A stretch of 64,000 nt of DNA, taken from Desulfurococcaceae archaeon (GTDB lineage Archaea; Thermoproteota; Thermoprotei_A; Sulfolobales; Desulfurococcaceae). The DNA lies in assembly GCA_038824035.1 (NCBI GenBank), contig JAWBBW010000001.1:14187-78186 (forward strand). Reading direction: 5' to 3'. The stretch's first letter is position 1, and each line of letters begins with the position of its first letter. Both the position numbers and the translations under genes were made by a program. Positions 44,487-54,568 of this stretch are shown here, piece after piece. The notes beneath the pieces are model-generated. The model did not search any database and was not told the DNA's origin. It saw only the letters and a program-made list of their open reading frames with translations.

Positions 44487-45476
44487 TTAGTTAAATACTT
44501 TGTGCGCGATGCTCTTATACCTGGATATATTCCTCGTTTCCAATGGATCTATGCCTCTCAAGCGAGCTAGTTTCACGCTTGCTAATCCGATAATTAATGT
44601 GCCGTAAATCAGCTTTTCAAGGAGATTACTGCCCCTGAGTGCTAGTCTATAGGTTGATAATCCAAGATCTCTATAGATTTCATCCATAAACTCCACCAAT
44701 TGAACACCCACTTTATCATCGGGGTCCACGATCTCCAGTACACAGTGATCCCTTGTGAAAGGTTTTTCATAGCCAACGATATCGTTATGCATCCATTCAG
44801 GTGCTATATCTAATTTAACTAGTGTTTTACTGTTCTCGTTAAACTCGTTCTTGCCCCTGGTCGCCAGCGATTCCAATGGGACATGAGTTGCTATTACAAG
44901 TTCTCTGTGTTCTCTGTAGATCCATGTTGCCATTTCCTCGGAGATCTTGTAAATGCTTTCGAGGCCTTTGTTGAGAAACACTAGAGAGCTTTCAGCTGTT
45001 TTTTTATCGACAAGTGTATAACCACTAGTATCCAATAACCCCAGTATCCTGTAGAGCATTACCGGCAATGCCGCCCTAGGAGCCAGGCCCTCGGGGAGGT
45101 CTATGTGTAAGGCGCCTTTATCGGCGAAGTATTTCTTCAATAAGCCACCACTTGAAACTGTGACCACGTAGGCGCCTCTCTTTATCGCTTGACCAGTTGC
45201 TTTCAAGGTCTCAACAGTATTGCCACTATAGCTCACTGCTATGAAAAGCGTTTCTGAATCCACGAAGCCAGGTATCACGTGTGATTTCACCACGTATACT
45301 GGATACTTGTAATTGTTGTTTGTGATAGCTAATGTGGCTATGTAGTCGCCTACTATGCCGCTACCACCCATACCTGCTATTGTGATTTTATTAAAACCCT
45401 TTTCAATACCGAACATAGACCATTTATCCAGCGCATCCTTGATCAAGCCTGGCCATGACATGTACATGGATTCCAT
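44487..45476 (-). CDS. bifunctional phosphoglucose/phosphomannose isomerase (SIS-domain, crenarchaeal type)
   Basis: Two SIS-like halves; ITIAGMGGSGIVGDYI and SYSGNTVETL motifs. Confidence 0.8.
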   Translation of the reverse strand: MESMYMSWPGLIKDALDKWSMFGIEKGFNKITIAGMGGSGIVGDYIATLAITNNNYKYPVYVVKSHVIPGFVDSETLFIAVSYSGNTVETLKATGQAIKRGAYVVTVSSGGLLKKYFADKGALHIDLPEGLAPRAALPVMLYRILGLLDTSGYTLVDKKTAESSLVFLNKGLESIYKISEEMATWIYREHRELVIATHVPLESLATRGKNEFNENSKTLVKLDIAPEWMHNDIVGYEKPFTRDHCVLEIVDPDDKVGVQLVEFMDEIYRDLGLSTYRLALRGSNLLEKLIYGTLIIGLASVKLARLRGIDPLETRNISRYKSIAHKVFN

Positions 45477-45538
45477 TTTTAATCACCTTTCCTTATTATA
45501 TGGGTTGTTGATAATAATGCTTTGGCATACCTTGTCAA

Positions 45539-46201
45539 ATGGGCGCATACATCATGATCCTAGATATATTGACGAGGGGTAGAGTGATCGTATCTTGTAA
45601 AAATATGAATTTAAAGATAAAGCTCGCATCGATCCTCATTGATCACCTATTAACACGTGGATACGAAGTATTCATTATTGATAAACACCTCGTTTTAACC
45701 AGGTATTTGCCAGAACACATAGCTCATAGAGTGAAGATACTTGAAAACCCTGTGGAAAATATGAGAGGCGGGAACGCCTATGTACTTGTGTTCGAATCCC
45801 CCCGATCAGTCATTGAGATACAGGGATTTGAAAGGATTATCGTGTTTACATCTACATTGAGAAACATGCCTAGATCTCTGAAAGGCTTCAACACCGTAGT
45901 CATAAAGACTATTTCAAACAACACGTACTCTTTCCACGATGTCGAAGAAGGCATTAAAGTGAGATTCTCAATCATGGGCGATGAGATAAGGGTTATTGAG
46001 AAACCAGGAGGTGCATTTGGAAAAGCACTGGAGATCTTGGAGAACGCTATGGTCGTTTACGGGGAGTTAACGACAAAGGATGCGATAAGATTGATCTCGA
46101 GAGAGCTTGGTGTTAGCAAGGAATTGGCTAGAAGGATTCTTGGAAAACTGATCGAGGATAAGTACATAAGGATATTGAAAGGGAGGATCTCACTTGTATA
46201 G
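45539..46201 (+). CDS. hypothetical protein with C-terminal wHTH-like region
   Basis: 220-aa ORF. The C-terminal segment TTKDAIRLISRELGVSKELARRILGKLIEDKYI looks like an HTH. The N-terminal domain is unrecognised. Confidence 0.4.
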   Translation: MGAYIMILDILTRGRVIVSCKNMNLKIKLASILIDHLLTRGYEVFIIDKHLVLTRYLPEHIAHRVKILENPVENMRGGNAYVLVFESPRSVIEIQGFERIIVFTSTLRNMPRSLKGFNTVVIKTISNNTYSFHDVEEGIKVRFSIMGDEIRVIEKPGGAFGKALEILENAMVVYGELTTKDAIRLISRELGVSKELARRILGKLIEDKYIRILKGRISLV

Positions 46202-46208
46202 GAGATCT

Positions 46209-46688
46209 CTAAGCGTTCTCAAGGGACTCATCGAAATATACCTTGAGTAAACCGAGTTTCTTAAACACAACATTGATGTAGTCATCTACGATATTGCGTT
46301 GAATGCCGGATCTCTCGATTTTGGCCAACACAACGCTTTCTACAATTGAGTATTTTTTATACCTCTCATTCAACTCCCTCCAAGGGATCCCTGAAAAGGC
46401 CTTTGCTACTTGGTTATCAATAGGTAATACCCCTTTCAGGAACATGAGAGAGATTATTGGATACCCTATGTACCCTCTGTATATGGTGCCGTTGTCATTG
46501 CTGTAAACACGGAACATATTCCCTCCCTCATCGATCAAGACTACTTTGTATTCTCGCTCACCTCCACTAGATTTCACAATGGCCTTGGTGGATGAAACTG
46601 GCTTAACACGTCCATCGCTGAGAGCGCCAAGGGCCTCCATGACCTTTATACGAGGAGGTTTAGATAATAACTTCAAATACAATGTCAC
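46209..46688 (-). CDS. hypothetical protein (159 aa)
   Basis: Its ATG directly abuts the stop of the upstream 76-aa ORF (0-nt gap). No domain recognised. Confidence 0.45.
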   Translation of the reverse strand: MTLYLKLLSKPPRIKVMEALGALSDGRVKPVSSTKAIVKSSGGEREYKVVLIDEGGNMFRVYSNDNGTIYRGYIGYPIISLMFLKGVLPIDNQVAKAFSGIPWRELNERYKKYSIVESVVLAKIERSGIQRNIVDDYINVVFKKLGLLKVYFDESLENA

Positions 46689-46919
46689 CTATTTTTTCTT
46701 TAGAACAATGAAGGGGTTTTCGGATAAAACCTCCCCTATACCCTCTATTCGTTGCCCAATGCCGTATTTGATGTATTTCTCTAATAAGTCCTTTTCGATT
46801 TTAACGTAGAAATATGTTTCATTGCCATTTACCGAGCCATACGCGTAGATCAATATTTCGTTAAAACCCGGTAATTGCTCGAAACCTATAATCACCCCGG
46901 AGAAATATATCTCGCCCAT
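46689..46919 (-). CDS. hypothetical small protein (76 aa)
   Basis: First gene of a two-gene unit with 46209..46688. No domain recognised. Confidence 0.4.
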   Translation of the reverse strand: MGEIYFSGVIIGFEQLPGFNEILIYAYGSVNGNETYFYVKIEKDLLEKYIKYGIGQRIEGIGEVLSENPFIVLKKK

Positions 46920-47062
46920 CTCTATACCACTTTATCCACATTAATTCATGCTCATTAGTATTAATCACAGCGAGCAATATATAAGTTATCGTGCCAGATA
47001 GGCTTTTATATAAGCTATATCAATATAAATTATAATGACATGGATCTAAATGGTGATGTGAA

Positions 47063-47857
47063 TTGAGTGAGGCTATAAGGGAATTAGAGCTCAACACGGG
47101 GATTATAATAGCCGGTGCTTATGCCGATAAAGTGCGGAGAACAGCGTTTGCACAGTTATCCGATTTAATCAAGCAGAACAAGGAAATCGCCAAAGAGGTG
47201 GCGAGAGCCACGGCTGAGTTAAACATGGTGTTATATCATATACTGGTCGAGAACCTGAAAATAGAGAAAGGCGATGCTGTGAGGATAAGGATCAAGTATA
47301 TATATGACAGTGCTTCGAATAAATTGAAATGGAAATACGATTCACTGAGAGTGGAAGTGTTTAAGAGGGTCCCGGATGAACAAGTGGCAGAGATTACCAA
47401 TAGAGTGATGAAAGAGAAACTCGAAGAAGTGCAGAAAGCGTATGCAACAGGCCCCGAGGTCGTCGAGGAGAAACCAGTTGAGAAACGAGAAGTAATTGAA
47501 AGATTAGAGAAACCAATGCCAGAGCTTGCCCCTGTGGACGTGTTGCAAAACGTGGCTTCAGTGGACATAGTTGGAGAAATAGTTACTGGTGGTTATTTAG
47601 CGAAATTATCAAGAATGGATGGAGTCTCAATGGGGTTGGTATCATTAACTCCTAGTGGTGAAGACGTTGTAATAGATGCAGTTGTCCTCGTGGAGAACAA
47701 GGCGTTCAGGTATATGGCTAGGACTTCCACTAAATTGGATATATTGATTGAAGAGCCTGGTAAAGTACTGGAAATACTTAAGGCGAGTAAACCAACCCAG
47801 CTAAGCAAAGAGGAGGCTAGTAGATTGATCAACGAGAAAATGCAGTCATTGATCTAA
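47063..47857 (+). CDS. hypothetical protein (264 aa) with an acidic central region
   Basis: TTG-start ORF with non-repetitive composition. No domain recognised. Confidence 0.45.
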   Translation: MSEAIRELELNTGIIIAGAYADKVRRTAFAQLSDLIKQNKEIAKEVARATAELNMVLYHILVENLKIEKGDAVRIRIKYIYDSASNKLKWKYDSLRVEVFKRVPDEQVAEITNRVMKEKLEEVQKAYATGPEVVEEKPVEKREVIERLEKPMPELAPVDVLQNVASVDIVGEIVTGGYLAKLSRMDGVSMGLVSLTPSGEDVVIDAVVLVENKAFRYMARTSTKLDILIEEPGKVLEILKASKPTQLSKEEASRLINEKMQSLI

Positions 47858-47996
47858 GTGTCGACCTAGCCCTCGATATCACAGGTGTAAAACCCCCGGG
47901 AAAGTGATGTATGCTTTACAGGTTCTTAGCTATAGCAATGTACCTGGCTCATACCTTGGTGTTTATCTAGAGGAAAAGGTCAGCCCCGCGCGAGTA

Positions 47997-48042
47997 CTTC
48001 ATCCCCTTTAAAGGGTTTTACCTGCCACGCGTCTTCATCCCC
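47997..48042. repeat. two copies of CTTCATCCCC (47997-48006 and 48033-48042) flanking the 12-nt palindrome CCCTTTAAAGGG (48004-48015)
   Basis: Read directly, in the 266-nt gap upstream of the xerA-like gene. Confidence 0.85.
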
Positions 48043-48123
48043 ATGGTATTGAGCCCATTTTCCATTATTTCAGACAGCACACCAATTTAGAATACCAGGT
48101 CTTTTGGCTTTAATTCCTTTGCC

Positions 48124-49155
48124 ATGGGAGTTGTGTTTAAGGGAGTTTCAATGCCTAGGATAGATATCGGGGAGGCTCCGCCGGGCATTCTGGATCTGAG
48201 TAACGAGGAGATCCTGAGGGAATTCGAGTTAACACTTGAAACTAGCGGGGCATCCAGGGACACTATTAAGTCGTATATGGCGGCTGTAAGTGATTTCCTA
48301 TCATTCATTGGTAATAAGCCATTGAGAGAGATCACTGCTAGGGATATATTGAACTGGAGAAATGATAGATTGAGAAATGGGTTCAATAACTCCAAGACAA
48401 TGGATAGATCTAAGTGGCAGGTCACACTTCACTATTACACTATCATGTTGCGGAGATTCCTGAAATGGCTTGGACTGGATATCAAGGTACCGGGCGTTAA
48501 AAAGCCACAGGCGAGAATTGATGTCCTCAGTGATGAGGAACTTCAATCACTTCTACGTGTTGCCAAGAAGCCTTTGGATAGGTTAATACTGAGTCTCCTG
48601 ATAAGCACAGGTCTACGTAGCAGGGAGCTATTGGAACTGAGAGTGGAGGATGTGGATTTTAATAGACAGGTACTGAGAGTGAGGTCTGCTAAGTATGGAA
48701 GAGAACGCTATGTGACAGCCACTCCAGAGGTATTTGATATGATCGATTCTTGGATCAAATTAAATGGACTGAAGCCCGGTGACAAGTTGTTCAGCTTGAC
48801 TTATAGCGGGTTATACAAGAAGATAAAGACCTTGGCCAAGAGGGCCGGCATAGATACAGCCAAGATAAGGCCACATGTATTGAGACATACCTTTGCCACG
48901 TTGGCTATTAGAAAGGGGATGAGCCTGCCAAGTCTTCAGAGACTACTAGGACATAGTGATATAAGGACTACTCAGATATACCTACACTTGACAATAGATG
49001 ATATAAAGAGAGAATATGAAGAGAAATTCGCAGACACTAATATGGTTTTAAATCGCTGTATCAACTGCAACAGGGAGATACCAAGAGATGCTTCGTATTG
49101 TCCATATTGTGGCATAAATCTTGGCATTAGTCGAGCCGCGTTATCACAGGCATAG
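48124..49155 (+). CDS. xerA: tyrosine recombinase XerA-like, with C-terminal zinc-ribbon extension
   Basis: Catalytic pattern GLRSREL (R), HVLRHTFAT (HxxR), GHSDIRTTQIYLH (H..Y), followed by CINCNREIPRDASYCPYCG. The start may be ATG 48154. Confidence 0.85.
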   Translation: MGVVFKGVSMPRIDIGEAPPGILDLSNEEILREFELTLETSGASRDTIKSYMAAVSDFLSFIGNKPLREITARDILNWRNDRLRNGFNNSKTMDRSKWQVTLHYYTIMLRRFLKWLGLDIKVPGVKKPQARIDVLSDEELQSLLRVAKKPLDRLILSLLISTGLRSRELLELRVEDVDFNRQVLRVRSAKYGRERYVTATPEVFDMIDSWIKLNGLKPGDKLFSLTYSGLYKKIKTLAKRAGIDTAKIRPHVLRHTFATLAIRKGMSLPSLQRLLGHSDIRTTQIYLHLTIDDIKREYEEKFADTNMVLNRCINCNREIPRDASYCPYCGINLGISRAALSQA

Positions 49156-49174
49156 ATATGGCTTAGGTGTATTT

Positions 49175-49639
49175 CTACGTGTCGAGAAATCTCGCGATCA
49201 CGACTCTCGGTATCAAGTCGTAGTTAGGGTTCCTATTTCTATATATCTTCACTAGCTCTTCACCGTCCTTGACTGGGTATTCATCGTTATAGTTTGATAA
49301 TATGTTTTCCGGGCTATTATCAAATAAGATCACATATACCGGGTTCACAGGGATACTCCATTTCTCACCTGAGTAGCGTATTTCAAGGAGCCTCTCTAAG
49401 AACTCCTTGTCATCAACATAGGATTCGCTTATAACGGCCCTGTAGTATTGTGATATATAATGTGCCACCGCTATCGCCACTAGTTCACTTCCTTTATAGA
49501 TCTTTATGACTGAGATCTCGCTGTGATCCTCTAGTACGGCATGGGGACCATATACAATCACATAGCCGTTATCTTGCAGTTTCTTGATAAAGCTATCGAG
49601 ATCTTTCACATTGATGGACTCGAACACGGCATTCCTCAT
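49175..49639 (-). CDS. hypothetical protein (154 aa)
   Basis: Clean ATG ORF with no recognisable domain. Confidence 0.45.
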   Translation of the reverse strand: MRNAVFESINVKDLDSFIKKLQDNGYVIVYGPHAVLEDHSEISVIKIYKGSELVAIAVAHYISQYYRAVISESYVDDKEFLERLLEIRYSGEKWSIPVNPVYVILFDNSPENILSNYNDEYPVKDGEELVKIYRNRNPNYDLIPRVVIARFLDT

Positions 49640-49731
49640 AGTAAATACCTCTTTATAAGCACTTTACCCCCGAAATGTCCTTACATCTCAAATTGGCAAA
49701 TTATTTTTATAAAACAAGAGGAGTTGGAAAG

Positions 49732-51357
49732 ATGTATACAAAGATGATTGAAGACGCTGTTCCAGGTACTAGTAGGGAGAGAAGAGTAGTTGACACTGTA
49801 TTGAATGAGTTAAAAGAGAATGCCGATTGGTCAAAGAGAATTGAAATACCCATTGTGAAATGGGAAAACACGTGCAGAGTTCTTGTGGATGAGTTTGAGA
49901 GGGAATGTAGGACATTGCCCTATAGCTTATCAGCCGAGATCGATGGTAAGCCTCGCGTAGTTAACGATATAAGGGAGCTCAGAGAAGAGCGAGATCTAAG
50001 CGACAAGATTGTGGTAATGAGATATCCGGGCAGGTACATTGATTTGAGAAAAACGATCTACACGGTATTGGCGAAATCGCCGGGCGCGTTAATACTTGTC
50101 ACGGATAAACAGGGCTTGTTGAGAATAAACACGGTGTTATCAACTCCTGGATTCACATATCGGCCCTCGGTTCCAGTGCCTATCCCAGTGATATGTGTTG
50201 ACAAAGCACTAGGTGAAATGATAAAGAGAGCTAATCGAGTGGTGGTGGAGACAAAATCGTCGATCAACGATGGAGAAGGCATGGTAGTCGTGGCGGGAAT
50301 CAATGGGAGTGGAGAGGACGAGATACATGTGACTTCTCATCATGATCACTGGTTCAAGGGGGTGGGTGGTTCATACGTGGGCTTATCAGCCCTTTTGAAA
50401 TTATCTGAGAGAATTAAGAAAGATGATGCCAGTGGTTTACACAACATTGTCTTGATCTCGTACACTGCAAGGGATATTGGTGATAAACTATTCACAGAAT
50501 ATCACTACACGTGGGGTGAGAGATATCTCCTAAAGATATTGGATAATAAAAAGAAACTGGAAAATGTGAAATACGCCGTGGCTATAGGGCCCATTTACCA
50601 TGATAGGATCAATGCTATCGCTCATCCATGTTTCGAGAGAGACCTCCGTGAAATGCTCAGAACCGGGTTTATAGACAAGATCAGCCGTAATCACGTATTT
50701 CACGAAAGTTTACCATATATTGAGAAAGGCATACCGGCCATAACATTGACGACTATTGATGACATTGCATTTGAAATACATAATTCAAACATGGATAACG
50801 AAGAAATCATTAATTATGAATATCTTGTTGACAGAGTTGTGGAAATCGTGACAAAGTTAATAAAACTCTCCATACCTGACAAAGGCCTTGTCGCCAATAC
50901 CGTGGAATACGTTAAGAGTGAATTAGAGGAAATACCGTTAGAGGCTAAGATCAGCGTTTCAAAGCTAATGGATATATCCATGGAAAGCCCGAGACGTGGT
51001 TTACATGCATTGACGAGGATTGGATATGGGCTATTTTACTCCACGTGCCTAGATCGCGATGGCCACGATTTTACGTATGCCGGGTTATTTCCATGGATAG
51101 AGTTATTACATGGCACTGAATCGGTCAGGAAAACGAGTGAATGCGACGAGGTGATCTTAGGCGATGTTGAGGGCTACGGTATATACCTGGTCAAAGGTGC
51201 GATAAGGAGTTTAGCTGTAGATTATTTATTTAATAAACTGACTGAAAGATATATTCATGAACTGGGCAATAGGGTTAACAGGTTTATAATGCAATTTCTC
51301 TGTGAAAAGACAATATGTGGTGAAACAAGTGGCGTTGAAAAGCATAATGATAGATAA
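49732..51357 (+). CDS. PA-domain / M28-peptidase-like protein (catalytic competence unclear)
   Basis: PA-like segment (KIVVMRYPGRYIDLRKTIYTVLAKSPGALILVTD) followed by an M28-like HVTSHHDHW...GGSYVGLSALLKL. Start moved to MYTKMIED (ATG 49732). Confidence 0.45.
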   Translation: MYTKMIEDAVPGTSRERRVVDTVLNELKENADWSKRIEIPIVKWENTCRVLVDEFERECRTLPYSLSAEIDGKPRVVNDIRELREERDLSDKIVVMRYPGRYIDLRKTIYTVLAKSPGALILVTDKQGLLRINTVLSTPGFTYRPSVPVPIPVICVDKALGEMIKRANRVVVETKSSINDGEGMVVVAGINGSGEDEIHVTSHHDHWFKGVGGSYVGLSALLKLSERIKKDDASGLHNIVLISYTARDIGDKLFTEYHYTWGERYLLKILDNKKKLENVKYAVAIGPIYHDRINAIAHPCFERDLREMLRTGFIDKISRNHVFHESLPYIEKGIPAITLTTIDDIAFEIHNSNMDNEEIINYEYLVDRVVEIVTKLIKLSIPDKGLVANTVEYVKSELEEIPLEAKISVSKLMDISMESPRRGLHALTRIGYGLFYSTCLDRDGHDFTYAGLFPWIELLHGTESVRKTSECDEVILGDVEGYGIYLVKGAIRSLAVDYLFNKLTERYIHELGNRVNRFIMQFLCEKTICGETSGVEKHNDR

Positions 51358-52762
51358 ATACGAGAATTTCCCGGAATGGTATCACAAAGTGTTGAAAGAA
51401 GCCGATATAGTCGACATAAGATACCCGGTCAAAGGGATGATAGTGTGGAAGCCATATGGGCTTAAAGCACTGAGATTGATCCAAAGAGAGATGACGAATC
51501 TACTGGAAAAAACAGGTCACGAGGAGGCATATTTCCCAACATTGATCCCGGAATCCGTTTTCTCCAAAGAAAGGGATTTCTTACAGGGTTTTGGAGGCGA
51601 GACATTCGTAATAGAGGGCACGGCTACCAAGAAACTTGGAGAGAGGTTTTTCGTGAGGCCTACAAGCGAGACAGCGATGTATTACATGTGGAGCCTTTGG
51701 ATAAAGGGACGCAAAGACCTGCCCTTGAAACTATACCAAGTCGTTAACGTATTCAGATATGAGACAAAGATGACTCATCCAATACTGAGAGTCAGGGAAA
51801 TCATGGGGTTTATAGAGGGTCATACAGCCCATGCCACGGCGGAGGAGGCTGAGGCACAGATCAAGGAGGCAATAGACATCTATAAGCAGTTCTTTGACAG
51901 ATTACTGATACCGTATTTCATAGTTAAGACCCCGCCTTGGGACACCTTTGCCGGTGCCGAGTATAATTACGATTTCATAACGGCTATGCCGGATGGAAAA
52001 GGCCTCGAACTTGGAAGCGTAATAAATCTTGGGCAAAAGTTCGCGAAGGCCTTTGACATAAAGTTCATGGATATAGATGGAAAAGTCAAATATGTGTATC
52101 AAACTTGTTATGGAATAAGCGAGCGTGTATTGGGAGCCGTGATAGCTATTCACGGCGATGAGACGGGTTTATTTTTCCCACCAAGAATAGCTCCTATACA
52201 AGTAGTAATTGTCCCCATAATGAAGCCAGGCGAAAACGATATAGTGGATTACGCTGTTAAAGTGAAAAACTTCCTGGACAGTAATGGGATCAGGGTTCAC
52301 ATAGATGACGATCTTGAGCGAACACCTGGATGGAAATACTACTACTGGGAGATGAAAGGCGTGCCAACCAGGATAGAAATAGGTAGAAAAGAGCTAGAGA
52401 CCAACACTGTTACAATAGCTAGGCGCGATAAAGGGCCTAAGATAACTGTTCAATTAGATGAATTACTAAACTCCATTGAAAAAACATGGAGAGAGATAGA
52501 GCACTCATTGAGAAACAGAGCGCTAGAACACTTGAAGAAAATGACTTCTTTCTTCGAGAAAGACAAAAGCGATTACAAAGGGCTTGTGATAGCGCCTTGG
52601 GATGGTTCACGTGAATGCGCGGAATTGCTTGAGAAAGATACCGGTAAACCGCTACTTGGCGAGATCGTGGAATCGCCAATAGACCTTGGCAATCCACGTA
52701 ATAACTCAATTTGTTCAAGTGGTGAGGCGAACAAGTACGCTCTTCTCGGAGTTACATATTGA
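51347..52762 (+). CDS. proS: prolyl-tRNA synthetase (archaeal/eukaryotic type)
   Basis: FVRPTSETAMY, VFRYETK and the N-terminus MIDKYENFPEWYHKVL. Start moved to ATG 51347, which overlaps the upstream gene by 11 nt. Confidence 0.9.
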   Translation: MIDKYENFPEWYHKVLKEADIVDIRYPVKGMIVWKPYGLKALRLIQREMTNLLEKTGHEEAYFPTLIPESVFSKERDFLQGFGGETFVIEGTATKKLGERFFVRPTSETAMYYMWSLWIKGRKDLPLKLYQVVNVFRYETKMTHPILRVREIMGFIEGHTAHATAEEAEAQIKEAIDIYKQFFDRLLIPYFIVKTPPWDTFAGAEYNYDFITAMPDGKGLELGSVINLGQKFAKAFDIKFMDIDGKVKYVYQTCYGISERVLGAVIAIHGDETGLFFPPRIAPIQVVIVPIMKPGENDIVDYAVKVKNFLDSNGIRVHIDDDLERTPGWKYYYWEMKGVPTRIEIGRKELETNTVTIARRDKGPKITVQLDELLNSIEKTWREIEHSLRNRALEHLKKMTSFFEKDKSDYKGLVIAPWDGSRECAELLEKDTGKPLLGEIVESPIDLGNPRNNSICSSGEANKYALLGVTY

Positions 52763-52826
52763 TCTTGATTCCCTGAATTAAGTTTTTAACAGGGATATGA
52801 AATTATCTATGTCAGTGGTTATCTAG

Positions 52827-53081
52827 GTGAACTATATGAGTGAATATATAAAGCAATTGAAAATACAATTAGCTAGCAAGATAGAGGGGATCAGGTTTCA
52901 AGATATCTCGGGGCTAGAAGTCAATTTGCTGAAAGAGGGATTCCCGCCGATCAGGGTGAGAGACGAAAAAGAGTATGTGATCATCGCAATAGGCAACAAC
53001 ACATATAGATATGATAAGTGGTATACGAAACCAGAGCACTTAGCAGAAACTCTCAAAGTATTTTACCAGAAACAAGGGTGA
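52827..53081 (+). CDS. hypothetical small protein (84 aa)
   Basis: ORF only; start ambiguous (GTG 52827 or ATG 52836). Confidence 0.35.
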   Translation: MNYMSEYIKQLKIQLASKIEGIRFQDISGLEVNLLKEGFPPIRVRDEKEYVIIAIGNNTYRYDKWYTKPEHLAETLKVFYQKQG

Positions 53082-53103
53082 CTACATCCTAGTAAGCACA
53101 ATG

Positions 53104-53793
53104 TTATTCGCTTTTTTTTTCCACGTGGAAACACCTATGGATCTTATAATAGGCCTCGAATTCCGAAAGATATATCCTCTCGCCATCAATGCTGATCCTA
53201 TATTTGAATAAGGGCGCGTCCAAGACCAATGACTCAGCCTCACCGCCATCCAATGAGACATTGAAGCCGTATTTCCTCGAAAGCTTGATCAAGAGCTCTA
53301 CGTCGTTTTCATCGATCTCCTTGCCCAGCAATGCGTGAGGTATGCCCATCGACGTTATGGATATCAATGTGAACTTTATACCATCTCTCAGTAAACTCCT
53401 CACATATTCCTCTTGATTCAAACCCCAAAGCGGGTTGTATGTATTTAGTCCAACCCTCTTGGCGATCTCTGTAAACACCTGTCTCTGGTAATTACTTATA
53501 ACAGCGCCCGTTACCACGATCTCAACGTCATATTTCTCCTTGACTCTTTTCAGAATGGTTTCAAGCGCTTTTGCCTCGTTCGAGGGATCACTCACTCCGA
53601 TTGTTTCAAGTGGTAGTGAAAGGGATTGTGATTGTGCACTGAGCACGTGGAAAACTGGCTGGTGATATAGCATTGAGTACTTGTAGAGCGGTATCACTGT
53701 TGTCAACGTTGCTATTTTAAACCCCTTTTCCACTGCTTTGTGAAGCGCGTAGACAGAGTCCTTGCCCCCTGTGAATAACACGGTTGCTTTCAA
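53104..53793 (-). CDS. PP-loop ATPase of the MJ0570/Dph6 (diphthine-ammonia ligase-like) family
   Basis: N-terminal LFTGGKDS PP-loop and C-terminal DGGEAESLVLDAPLF. TTG start. Confidence 0.8.
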   Translation of the reverse strand: MKATVLFTGGKDSVYALHKAVEKGFKIATLTTVIPLYKYSMLYHQPVFHVLSAQSQSLSLPLETIGVSDPSNEAKALETILKRVKEKYDVEIVVTGAVISNYQRQVFTEIAKRVGLNTYNPLWGLNQEEYVRSLLRDGIKFTLISITSMGIPHALLGKEIDENDVELLIKLSRKYGFNVSLDGGEAESLVLDAPLFKYRISIDGERIYLSEFEAYYKIHRCFHVEKKSE

Positions 53794-53850
53794 GTCTTTG
53801 GCCCCCTGGGTAATAAGTATTGAAAAGGCGATTTAAACACAGGGAAAGAT

Positions 53851-54555
53851 ATGAAAATAAAAGTGGTGATCGACGATAAATCGATGTCGAAAAAGCTGAT
53901 CTCCAAGCACGCGCTCTCTCTTTTCGTGGAGAGCGCGGATATCTACCTATTGTTCGACTTAGGAGTAGATGCGGGTTCATTGGCCCATAACATCAGGGCA
54001 CTGGACATCGATATTGGCATGGTGGATTACGTGGTGATTTCGCATGAACATGCACCACATTATGGGGGATACTCATATCTAGCCGAAGAGATACCGTTAG
54101 CTAGGATCCACATACCTTATGGATCGATGGAATCACTGGGCCGGTTACTCGAGAGAAACGGGCTAAGACCGGTTGAGATGAGGGGATGGCTCAAAGTAGG
54201 CGAGGACGTGTTCATAGTTGGGCCTTTCTTCGGACCTCCATACGAGCATTTCCTCGTAGTAGATCACGATAAGGGCCTTATCGTGGTAAGTGGGTGTATG
54301 CATCCAGGTGTATCCGTTTTGGAAAAGATCTTGGAGAAAATGCCCAAAGATATATATATGCTCATAGGTGGATTACACTTATCCAACGCACCGGACGATA
54401 TATTGGATAGTCGAATAGACATGTTGATCAATAGATATGGAGTGAAATACGTGGTGCCACTTCACTGCAGTGGTGAGAGGTTTATAAATAAATTGAGAGA
54501 AAGATATCGGGATAGATTACTTGAGGCGACAGGTGGTTCCGTGATCACAGTTTAA
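53851..54555 (+). CDS. metallo-beta-lactamase-fold protein (COG1237-like)
   Basis: VISHEHAPHYGG (HxHxxH-type motif) and downstream His/Cys residues. Confidence 0.7.
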   Translation: MKIKVVIDDKSMSKKLISKHALSLFVESADIYLLFDLGVDAGSLAHNIRALDIDIGMVDYVVISHEHAPHYGGYSYLAEEIPLARIHIPYGSMESLGRLLERNGLRPVEMRGWLKVGEDVFIVGPFFGPPYEHFLVVDHDKGLIVVSGCMHPGVSVLEKILEKMPKDIYMLIGGLHLSNAPDDILDSRIDMLINRYGVKYVVPLHCSGERFINKLRERYRDRLLEATGGSVITV

Positions 54556-54568
54556 CGACTTACAGTAT

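Noticed and set aside
43614-45476. Possible integrated element using tRNA-Pro as its att site.
   Set aside because: I found no second copy of the tRNA 3' half (for example GGATTTGAACC) in the flanking DNA. The neighbours on both sides (the nhaC-like and PGI/PMI genes) are housekeeping genes.
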